From Scyliorhinus canicula (lineage: Eukaryota): a DNA stretch of 64,000 bases. The notes below the pieces were generated by a model. It did no database searches and had not been told where the DNA came from. It saw nothing but the letters and a program-made list of their open reading frames with translations. This document shows, piece by piece, positions 47,701 to 59,700 of the stretch (its first letter is position 1; each line of letters begins with the position of its first letter). Where the stretch lies: assembly GCF_902713615.1 (NCBI RefSeq), contig NC_052154.1:39295017-39359016 (forward strand), given 5' to 3'. A program made the translations under genes and the position numbers.

Positions 47701-50700
47701 AGTGGTCGTCAGAGAAACTCCTGCAAAGGCTTTTTTTCCCATTCCTGCACCATTATCTCCAGTGGCCTCAAAGGGTATATCCTCGGTCTCCTTTACATGC
47801 TGCTTGATGCCAATGTCATCAGAAAATACAATGCCAGATCCCACAGGCACACTACCATCACCCAACTCTGCCTCACCACCACCTCCCACCCCCCTCTCTG
47901 CCTCGTATTTCTCAAATTGTTTGTCTGATATTCAGTACTGGGGCAGAAATTTGCTCTGTTTAAATATTTGGAAGAGTGAAGGCATTTTCTTCCGACCCTG
48001 CAAAAGACTGGATTCCTTAGCCACTGACATCTCCCTACCTGACCACTCTCTGGGGCTGAACCAAATTGTTTGTAACTTAGCATCCTTTTTGACACTGAGC
48101 TAGGCTAGTAATCCCATATCCTCTCCATCACCAAGACCGCCTACTTCCACTTCCATAATATCAGCCGTCTCTGCTCTTACCTTAGCTCATTTCCTAATGA
48201 AACCCTCATCCATACCATGGTCAACATCAAACTCCACACGTCTCCTGGCAGCCTTCCACCTACCAGCCTTCATGGGCTAGAATTGATCCAAACCTCTGCT
48301 AACTTGCACCAAGTCTCACTTACCTATCACTCCTGTTTTTTGCTGATTGACATTGGCTCGTAGTCTGGCAAAGCCTCCATTTTAAAATTCTCACTTTTGT
48401 ATTCAACTCACTACAACCCTCCAACATATCTGCGCTCTTGCATTCCTGGCTTCTTGCGCATTCTCAATTTCATCACTTCACTTTGGTGGCTATGATTAAA
48501 GCTGCCTAGGACCCAAATTCTGAACGCCCTTCCTAAACCTCTGTTTCTCATCCTTTCATTTGTTCCTTGAAACCTAACTGGTTACTTGCCCAATATCTCG
48601 GAGGCTTAGTATCAAATTATGGTCGATAATGCTCGTATGAAGTAACCTGGAATGTTTTATTATGTTAAATATGCAACTATAAATGCAAGTTGTTGTAGAC
48701 TACTCCTCTGCCACCTAAAATATATTTTCATTGCCAACCAAACCACTGGAACAAATGTAAATAAATAAATTAGAGGGCTTGTTTAATAGAAGAAGTACAT
48801 GTGAAAATAGGGTACATGAGAAGGAACTGTTTCAATACTAACTTTTCCAGATGTGGAGATGTCGGCGTTGGACTGGCGTGGGGACAGTAAGAAGTCTTAC
48901 AACACCAGGTTAAAGTTCAACAGGTTTGTTCGGAGTCACTAGCTTTTGGAGCTCACCTGAGGAAGGAGCTGCGCTCTGAAAACTAGTGACTCCAAACAAA
49001 GCTGTTGGACTTTAACCTGGTGCTGTAAGACTTCTAACTTTTCAAGAGAACAAGGATCCACCAGATGTTTAGGAGCAAAGTGCAGAATCCTATGGTGAGA
49101 TCAAATGAAGGTACATTTATTGATGGGAGTTGGTTTTCTATATACCAAATACAATATTTCATGGTTCATGTGGTAACAAGATAGTGGCCGGAATTCTCTG
49201 GCCGTTGCGATTCATTTTTCCCGCAGGTAGCACACCCCATCCTCAGTTTTCCCGTCGGCGTGGGGTGGCTTCAATGGGAAAGCCCATTGACAAGTGGTGG
49301 GTAGAAAAAAACCCCACCGCCAGTGAACAGGCACACTACTATCACCCAACTCTGCCTCACCACCACCTCTCACCCCCCGCTGCTGAGAAGCATGTGGCTG
49401 GGGAACCGATTAATCCAGCCCAGTATCTATAAATGCATTACCTCATTTAGGATATAAGCTGCATGAAAATAAATCTGCCTGTTGCAAACGTATGGATAAA
49501 AAGAACCATTTTGATCAATTAAGAAATTCACTAAACCAAGATGTACAGAGATTGACTTGTACATCAAAAAGTTATTCAATCAAAGTTCCTTTAGATGCTT
49601 TGCTAAAAGAAAGATAAATAATGCATTGTTCAAATTATAAATATTAGTTTCTAACAGGGTATAAAGTTGCTATTGTGAAACTGGTCATTAATTGCTATTC
49701 TACTGTGACATGGGAGGAAATGTTGGCATAGTGGCAACGTCACTAGACTAGTAATCTAGAGGCCCATATTCTGGGAACAAGGGTTCAAATACCACCATGG
49801 CAGCTGGTGGAATTTAAATTCTATTAATGGTCTGGAATTAAAAAGCTAGTCATGAAACCATAGTCATTTGTCGTAAAAATCCACCTGGTTCACTCATGTC
49901 CATTAAGGAAGGAAATCTCCCAACCTTAATAAAAGCAATAAAAATAAATGGGCAGCACGGTAGCACAAGTGAATAGCACTGTAACTTCACAGCGCCAGGG
50001 TCTGCTGGGTCACTGTCTGCGCGGAGTCTGCGCGTTCTCCCTGTGTCTGCGTGGGTTTCCTCCGGGTGCTCCGGCTTCCTCCCACAGTCCAAAGACGTGC
50101 AGGTTAGTTGGATTGGACATGATAAATTGCCCTTCGTGACCAAAAAGGTTAGGAGGGGTTATTGGGTTACGGGGATAGGTGAAGGCTTAAGTGGGTCGGT
50201 GCAGACTCGATAGGCCGAACGGCCTCCTTCTGCACTGTATATTCTTTATTGTATGTTCAAATTACTGCGGATGCTGGAATCTGAAAGGAAATAGAATATG
50301 CTGGAAAATCTCAGCAAGTCTGGCAGCATCTGTAGGGAGAGAAATAAGCTAACATTTCGAGTCTGATGACTCTTTGTCAAATACCACCATGGCAGCTGCT
50401 TTGACAAAGAGTCATCGGACTCGAAACATTAGCTTGTTTCTCTCCCTACAGATGCTGCCAGACTTGCTGAGATTTTCCAATCTGCCAACCTTACCTGGTC
50501 TGCTCTACATGCGACTCCAGACGCACAGCAGTATAGTTGACTCTTAACTGCCCTCTAAAATGGTGTGGTAAACCAGTTCAAGGGCAATAAGGGGTGGACA
50601 ACAAACGCCGACCTGCCAACTATGCCCACATCCCAGGAAAGAATAAAGAAAAAAAGCATTCACAGAAAATAGCAGCGTAGATATAATGCTCAAATTTCTA

Positions 50701-53700
50701 ATGACAGGTAAGCAAATCCTGAACAAATGGTGAAAACTATACAAAGAAGCAAAATTTCAAAACAAGCTCACAAGGCAAGGCACATAGGGGCTGGTTTAGC
50801 TCACTGGGCTAAATCTCTGGCTTTTAAAGCAGACCAAGCAGGCCAGCAGCACGGTTCAATTCCCGTACCAGCCTCCCCGGACAGGCGCCGGAATGTGGCG
50901 ACTAGGGGCTTTTCACAGTAACTTCATTGAAGCCTACTCGTGACAATAAAGCGATTTTCATTTTTACAAAAATAAAGCACAAGTAATTTTACCTCAACGT
51001 AACCTGAGGCAGGCAACTTCTTTTCACCTGAAAGACACCGTGGTTTGTCCACATCTCGGTGAAGTCTGTGACGACTTGGGCATGTTTTGTTCTCCCTGAA
51101 ACGAGCAAAAACACGATGTTATCAATTTGATACAGATGGTTGAGGTTGTGTTACATCAAGAGAATTCTGGTGCCTAATGCATTGACACATCAGCGTGATG
51201 AGTGCAATAGCAGGAAATCCTTTGCAAGAGTAAAGAAATGGTGCAAAAAAGTGTATTCTGATGCATTTGGTTTAGACCTGCTCATTAAATAAAATGTTCA
51301 TTTATGATTAAATTAAGGATACTACTGCCAAAAACCACGCTTCGGTGTTATTGCGAGGGTATCCCAATTTGGATCACTAGCTCGTGGGTGTGTATAGTTT
51401 TGGTATGATGCGAGGAGTTAAGTAAAACCCCAGTGAGAATAAGCAGCCCAGTCACTGTGTAATAATTATTAAATACTATTTATTAAATTGAAGAAAAGAC
51501 GAATACACAAAACTTTATGTTAAGCCAATTAAGTATATGAATTACTAAACACACACAGGGGCGGCACAGTAGCATAGTGGTTAGCATCAATGCTTCACAG
51601 CTCCAGGGTCCCAGGGTCGGTTCCCGGCTGGGTCACTGTCTGTACGGAGTCTGCATGTCCTCCCCGTGTGTGCGTGGGTTTCCTCCGGGTGCTCCGGTTT
51701 CCTCCCACAGTCCAAAGATGTGCGGGTTAGGTGGATTGGCCATGCTAAATTGCCCGTAGTGTCCTAAAAAGTAAGGTTAAGGGGGAAGTTGTTGGGTTGC
51801 GGGTATAGGGTGGATATGCGAGTTTGAGTAGGGTGATCATTGCTCGGCACAACATCGAGGGCCGAAGGGCCTGTTCTGTGCTGTACTGTTCTAAATCTAA
51901 ACATGGTTTATGTAGAACGTACCCCTTGTTCCAAAATATATCTACGATTGCTGAACTCCTCAAGACTCTCCTTTCCATCAAACAACATCCAAATCAAATA
52001 GATCTACAAGTCACAACCAGTTTATAGTTACAACACAACACAAGGGTGATAAGTCTGGGAAATGACTTGTCCTGGTCCAGCAAAGATGTTATGAAGGCCA
52101 GTATGCACTGCTTTGGCTCCAAGATTTAGAGGCCGTTAGATGTAAAACTGGCCTCCAGGCTACTAGATGTAAACTAGCCTGTCTGCTTTGGAGGGTGCTG
52201 GCAATTATATCACTGTTCCTCTATGAATCTGCATTTTGTGTATTTGGATGTCTGCCTCTCTCATTCCTGGAAATTAACATATGGGTGTTCCTCACTGATC
52301 TCCCAATCGTCTAGGTAAGCTGTTTCTACTAGTACGCAATTCACACCTGATTTATCGCGATGGCTGGGAAAGGTGCATCTCATACAGTCTTTTGAATACT
52401 GGCCATGAGGTTGCAAGGCAGATTTGTACCTGTTGCTAGGCAGAACGCATCCTATTCTGTTTTAAGATTAATTTTGCTGCTGTTACTGGGTAAATCCATG
52501 ACAACTACACCAAATTCTCCATTTGATTTGTGGCATCATAACAAAATAGCCTGCTCCTGCACCAATCATTATTGAATTATTTACAACAGATTCCAGGTAA
52601 TGTTTTAGCTTAGCAACCTAATATACATTATTTTACATTATATATGTAAATTAAAGAGGTTTGTAACCATTCGTGACCTGAAAATTTGAATTCCCATACC
52701 AGGAATTATACCAAGCCAACTAAATGAAAAATATCCCTAATCAAAGAAAATAATTTTTGTACCAAATATCTGATGGAAATTCTTGAAATTTCAGATTAGT
52801 CTGCTTACCAGCTATATAATCTGCCACAAACTAATTCATTTGTTGTTTTTCCCCATTATAAAAGGATATACTAGTCCAAATAGAAATCTATGTCCAAAGA
52901 ACAACCGAGCTGCCTTGTCATTGTAGCTCTCTAGATATTTCCCCATTTTCCTCAAGTCCATAAAGCAAGCTATTTCTAAGAGTTTACCTGCAGATTCCAT
53001 ATGCTTTTAGGTATTTGCACAAAGATTTGTCATAGCAAATGGCATCGATGTTATTCAGATCAGAAATAAATGTATATAGCTCTTTAGGAACTTTAGCATC
53101 GGTTCTTTCCAGATAGTGCAGAATAGAAGATGCTTGTGGTGCGTCTTTGTCGGTCAGTAGTATGATTGACTGACTTTGAAGAGTTGATCCCTGGTATTAA
53201 GAAAACATTTTACATCAAATAACATAAACATGTGCTGAAAGTCCTACACATTAATTTTTGCAAAGCACTAGCAACATTCAGCACTATGCGGTACACATGC
53301 CAAAACATCAAGACTCCAAGGTCAATTTATAAAATCTACATCATCCTCAATCATTTCTCTTATAACCAGTTTACGAATATGGATAAGGAATAAACTGCAG
53401 TTACTTTAAATAGCAAAAGTGTTGAAGCAATCCATTGTAAACTCTTATGCACCTTTAAAGTAACACTGATTATGCTCAAGCGTGGTAATGAAGATAAGTA
53501 CAATAAAAGTATGAATATGAATAACAATTCAACATTGGATTTGGACGTTGAGTATGGTATCAATTTGAAAGAAAATTAATACAATGCTGGAAAGTTTAGC
53601 AGGTGGTCAGAAGATGGGGAAAATCCTGGAAAATAACAAAGGACGTCTTAAAAAAAAAAGGAAGAAATCACAGTAAGAGAGTAAACTAGGAGGAATAAAA

Positions 53701-56700
53701 AAGATAAGTTTCTACAAATATATAAAAAGGGAAAAGAGTAGCTAAAGTAAACATTAGTTCCTTAATTGATGAGACTGGGGGGTTAATGATGAAATGCCAG
53801 AAAACGTCAGAAACTTTGAACAAGTATTTAATTTTTTCCTTCACGACAGAAGGCACAAAAAGCATACCATCAGTAGCAGAAAATCAAGTTTCAAAAGGGA
53901 GGGAAGAACTTAAAACAATCACAAGAGGAAAATCTTCTAGGAAAAGTAAAGGAATTAGAGGATGATACGTTCCGTAGACCCATTGATTTGGATTTTGTTT
54001 ATTGCCACGTGTACCAAGGTTAGTGAAAAGTATTTTTCTGTGAGAAGCTCAACAGATCATTAAGTACATGAAAAGAAAAAGAAATAAAAGAAAATACATA
54101 ATAGGGTAACACAATGTACACAATGTAACTACATAACACCGGCATCAGGTGGAGCATACAAGGGTGTAGTGTTAATGAGGTCAGTCCATAAGAGGGTCGT
54201 TTAGGAGACTGGTAACAGTGGGGAAGAAACTGTTTTTGAGTCTGTTCGTGCGTGTTCTCAGACTTTTGTATCTCCTGCCCGATGGAAGAAGTTGGAAGAG
54301 TGAGTAAGCCGGGTGGGAGGTGTCTTTGATTATGTTGCAGAGATAGTGGTTGTAATCTTCCCAAATTCCTTGATATCCGGAAAGGTCCCAGCAGATCGGG
54401 AAGCCGCAAATGCAATGCCTGTACTTAAGGAAGGAGGGAGAAAGAAAGAAAGTAGAAAACTGTGGGTCAGTTGTCCTAATGTTATATTTGAAAAAGTACC
54501 AGAATCCATCACAGGTAGCAGAGGCAGAGATTTAGAAATTCAATCTGCTTGATTGTTGAAAGGAAAATTGTGTTTGACAATTTATTAGAGTTCGTTGCAA
54601 ATATAAACAGGAGGGTGGATAAAGGGGAATCAGCAGATTATAGTGTATTTAGATTTCCAAAAGGCATTCAGTAAGATGCCACATAAAAGATTGCAACACA
54701 AGATAAGAGCTCATGATGTTGGGGTAATATATTTGCATGGACAGAGGACTGGTCAACTAACCGGATACATAGTCAAGATAAATGGACCATTTTCATTTTG
54801 GCAAATTATAACTAGTGAAATGCAACAGGGATCAGTGCTGCGACCTCAACTAGATAGGTAGAAAAGCAAGTTGTGAGGAGGACAGACTCTCAGGTTAGTG
54901 GACAAATATTTAGCAGATACAGAGGAATGTGGCAAATATGAGATTGTCCACTTTGGCAGGAGGAATCAAGAAACAAAATATTATTTAAATGGAGAGACAC
55001 TGCAGAATGCTATGGTGTAGAGTGATGCAGATGTCCTATATACTCACAAATGTTAGGATTCAGGTACTGCAAGTAACTAGGAAGGTAATTAGGGGAGTGG
55101 AGTATAAAAGTCTTGCTACATCTGTACAGGGCAGTTTTGGTCTCCTTATTTAAAGAGGGATATACTTGCATTGGAGACAGTTCAGAGAAGGTTCATCAGG
55201 TTGACTCCTGGATGAAGGAGTTGTCTAATGAGGAAAGGTTGAGCAGGATGGGCCAATACTTACTGGAGTTTTGAAGCATGAAGCAATGATCTTATTGAAT
55301 TCTGAGGGGGGCTTTGTAGGTGGCTACAATGTTTACCTTGCGGAGGAATCTAGAAGGGGGCAGCACTGTTTAAAAAAGGGGGGTCACCTATTTAAGATGG
55401 TGAGGAGAATGAATATCTTCTCTCAAGAGGGTAATTAATCTTTGGAATTCACACAGTGCCGGGGTGGTTTGTGGAATGTTATAGGGATACGGGGACGTAG
55501 AAGCTCTCTAAAAGTTTCAGATTTGGCTATTATACAACATTTGTAAGCAGTTGTCAAAATTGCACCGTTAGAAAGAAAAATAGGAACATAATTTATGTCC
55601 CTACAATATCACATCCTTTCACTGTTGCTGGGTCAAAATCCTGGAACTCCTTCCCTCATAGGAATGTGAGTGTGCTTACACCACATGGACTGCAGCAGTT
55701 CAAGAAGGTGGCCTACCACCACCTTCACGAAGACATTTAGTGACGTGAAATAATAATTCTGGCCAAGGCAGCGGCACTAATGTCTCAAGAAAGAATACAT
55801 TTTTAAAAGCACATTGCAGAGGCAACAATCACTATGACAGTGATTTAGATTGACAAAATGTCGACCAAAATGTTTCAAGACAAATCAACTGCTCAAGCTT
55901 TCAAATTTCTTCAGCAGAATAGAAATTAAAGAGGAACAAGGTAAAGTTCAGATTTAACACTTCAAATACTCTACTTCTATATGCTGCAGTTTCTTTCCTT
56001 GCTAAAACATCTCCAAGGTTTAAGAGTCAACTAAAACTACTTCACAGAACAAATACATCCCCAAAAACAACTGCTGAATCTGAATACTCTTGCATGAAGC
56101 TCAATGACCGCACTTTCAGAGATATTTCAACATTTTAAAATAAAATACATTTTTCCGAACAATGTACTGTACCTCCACAATCAGATTATCAAAATTGTCA
56201 ACCATGCAACATAGGCGAGCTCCAAATATATCCCAAGATGGAGGAAAATGATAATGGATCACACAGGTGGCATCTGTGATTCTCAAGGCATTGAGATAGT
56301 TATCAGTCGTAACTGTTAGGGAAATAAATATTCAAAACAAAATTCAACTCAATTTATGAATTACAAAATGTGTGGTGTATTATTTCATAGAATTTACAGT
56401 GCAGAAGGAGGCCATTTGGCCCATTGAGTCTGCACCGGCTCTTGGAAAGAGCACCCTACCCAAGGTCAACACCTCCCCCTATCCCAATAACCCAGCAACC
56501 CCACCCAACACTAAGGGCAATTTTGGACACTAAGGGCAATTTATCATGGCCAATCCACCTAACCTGCACATCTTTGGACTGTGGGAGGAAACCGGAGCAT
56601 CCGGAGGAAACCCACGCACACACGGGAAGGATGTGCCGACTCCGCACAGACAGTGACCCAAGCCAGAATCGAACCTGGGACCCTGGAGCTGTGAAGCCAT

Positions 56701-59700
56701 TGTGCTATCCACAATGCTGCCGTGCTGCCCATATATTATCATATATGACTGCAAGAGCAATGACCAAGGTGTTGTAAAAATGAGATAATCATTGATTTGC
56801 TGTAAAAGTGAGATAATCATTGATTTGTAGGTGAAATGTTCTGGTAATAGGTATTGAGAACCATTTACTTGTTTACAGATAGCTAGCCAATGGGATATTG
56901 TTTAAGTTTGAAGGACTCTTTTGAGGTAGATAATTTATGAGGAGTATTGTGTTTGGTCCTGGCTAAACAAGTCGAGGGACATTGAATCTCATTTGAATAG
57001 AGGTGTTTCAGCTTAGTCCTGAAACGCTCACTCTCCAAAGATTCTTCACAGAGAAAAGCAAGTAGAAACCTGGTCGTTAACTTTATTTGTGAGTGGCATT
57101 TGAAATATATTGGTTTGCTTAATTGCAATATAGTGGTAGGTTTGGGAAGCAAGTTAAGGTTTTCTCTTTTACTTAAGAATTTTAACTATTAACTGTAAAG
57201 CTATTTCTTTGTTGCTGTTGTGGTTCATTCTGTGCTTAAATTAAAGTTTGTTTTAACATAAAAGATACCTATGAGTCAATGTTATCACTTCTGCGGTGCA
57301 ATAACATTTCCGCACAGTTTTACCAATTTCAAATAGTTGGGTTCTCGTCCGGGATCCTAAAATACTGAACAAGCAATATTTGTGTGGTCCTCTTAAAGGG
57401 TTAACAATGTTACACAACAGTATTAAAAATATCCTAATGTGAGATACTATTCCACTTTCATGATAATAAGTATCAAACAAAAAAATAAATCAGGTTTAAT
57501 TGTTTTTATGGAAACCTAGATACCTCTGGAATAAAGATTGTTTAACCAAACCGTGTATTTATCGGTTATGGTGAAGGTTATTTTTTAAACCCATAAATAA
57601 CCTTAACATAAGAATGTTAACCACTGTGTGGAGTCTGCACATCCTCCCCCTGTGTGCGTGGGTTTCCTCCGGGTGCTCCGGTTTCCTCCCACAGTCCAAA
57701 GATGTGCGGGTTAGGTGGATTGGCCATGCTAAATTGCCCGTAGTGTCCTAATAAAAGTAAGGTTAAGGGGGGGGTTGTTGGGTTACGGGTATAGGGTGGA
57801 TACGTGGGTTTGAGTAGGGTGATCATGGCTCGGCATAACATTGAGGGCCGAAGGGCCTGTTCTGTGCTGTACTGTTCTATGTTCTATGATCTCGGGCATA
57901 TGTAGACTGGAACAGGGGAATGTGTACACAAACTATTATTTTTCCTACAGCTTGCAAAATACAAACATTAATACTAGAACTAAAACGTAGATATTTCCTG
58001 TAGATTTTAAAACTTCAGTGTTTGAAATACTCACCTAATATCACATGTGTGCCAGGATTGAATTTCTTATTCCACTGCTCCATTACATTGCTAACGTGGA
58101 TGCTCATTCCTTCATGGACCTTCATGCAGAAATTTGAATTACTGCCCAAAGCCTGGAGGAGAGATGTTACCACAAGATTCTCAAGAATAGGATATACTAT
58201 TAAAAGAGTTCAACAATTTAAAAATTACCTTGACAACATAGGAATTCACTAATAGTTACAACAGTCTCAGATTCAGTTGTCAGCCAAATTACTCCTCTGG
58301 AATTTCACATACTTTTTGCTAAAGTACCAGCTGAGTTGTTTTGTTTTGCATTATCCTTACTTTAGTGAAAAGAGTCTCTAAATGTCCAGAAATCCATACA
58401 CTATTGTATTTTTAAAAAAATGCATGGAAAGTCAGTGAATGAAAGATACAGTTGAAAGAAGGAAAAATGACCACGGCCAAAAAAAGCTTAAATAAAATTT
58501 ACAATGCAATAACAGGTCATTCCACCTGAAAAACCTATGCGCAAATTAAGCCTCCACTCAGCCTACTTCATCTAACCCCCATCAACATCGATCAATCCCT
58601 TTCTTTCTGGTTTAGCACAGTGGGCTAAACAGCTGGCTTGTAATGCAGAACAAGGCCAGCAATGAGGGTTCAATTCCTCTACCGGCCTCCCCGAACAGGT
58701 GCCGGAATGTGGCAACTAGGGGCTTTTCACAGTAACTTCATTGAAGCCTACTTGTGACAATAAGCGATTATTATTATTGAGCTTCCTCTCAATTTGGGTG
58801 GACAATATAGATATTACTTTACTATTTTCTATTTGCGGTGGACAGTGGCACAGTGGCTAGCACCGCTGCCTCACAGCTCCAAGAATCAGGGTTCAATTCT
58901 GACCTTGGGTGACTGTGTGGAGTTTGCACTTTCTCCCCGTGTCTGCATGGATTTCCTCCGGTGCTCCGGTTTCCTCCCACAGTCCAAAGTGCAGGTTAGG
59001 TGGATTGACCATGCTAACTTGGCTTTGGTGTCCAAAAGGTTAGGTGGAGTTGCGGGAATAGGATGAAGGTGCAGGCTTGGGTGGGTGCTGTTTCCAAGGG
59101 TGGACTCGATGGACCGAATGGCCTCCTTCTGCACTGTAAATTCAATGTCATCAGGATGGCTGTCAGCATTTCAGTCAATGAATTGCATTGGTTATGCAGT
59201 CATCATTTTGTAGCCTAACAACAGCAAGAACAATCAATAACCAGTCAATGCTGTGTTGAATGAAGGATAAATGTTGGCCAAAAGAAGAAAATCAAATAGT
59301 GCCACAGGATTCTTTAGATACATCAAAATCTTACTTTAAAAATATACAAAAGCATTTCAAGATTATGACACAGATTCAAGTCAGCGGCGGAGGGCATTGC
59401 TCGCTGCCAACTTAGAGAATGTTGTCCCACAATGATTTAGTAGGCTGTAAAGTGTCCATTTCCTCCATTCCAATGGGATTTTGACTATGGAGCGCTCTCT
59501 CTCGGTGATTTGTGGCATTCACCAGCTGTGAACTCACTAAGAAAGTTGCTCATCAAACCGAAAATAATTATGGATTATAATGAACCTTTTAATCATTTTC
59601 CAAAATGTGAAATGAAAATTAGAATATACACATGGGATTTAGATAGCTCAAATATCATCAACGTTAAAAAAGCGTGAACTTCCTATTTTCTTCAATAAGA

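Larger units (their letters stand above)
49720..50645 (+). mobile_element. SacSINE1/DeuSINE-like element split by an HE1 SINE plus Penelope-like insert; another copy on the minus strand at about 59750-60145
   Basis: tRNA-like head (tagtgg...ggttcaaatacc); Deu-like core (gaaggaaatct..ccttacctggtct..gactccaga..ttaactgccctct). Confidence 0.65.

Noticed and set aside
47611-48103. Overlapping 100-146 aa ORFs
   Set aside because: Off-frame or antisense readings of a decayed L2 element.
50787-50870. tRNA genes at SINE heads
   Set aside because: The A/B boxes belong to tRNA-derived SINEs; no intact cloverleaf was seen.
56773-56827. Short tandem duplications of about 28 bp (also near 61393-61447)
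   Set aside because: Two-copy local duplications, common and uninformative.
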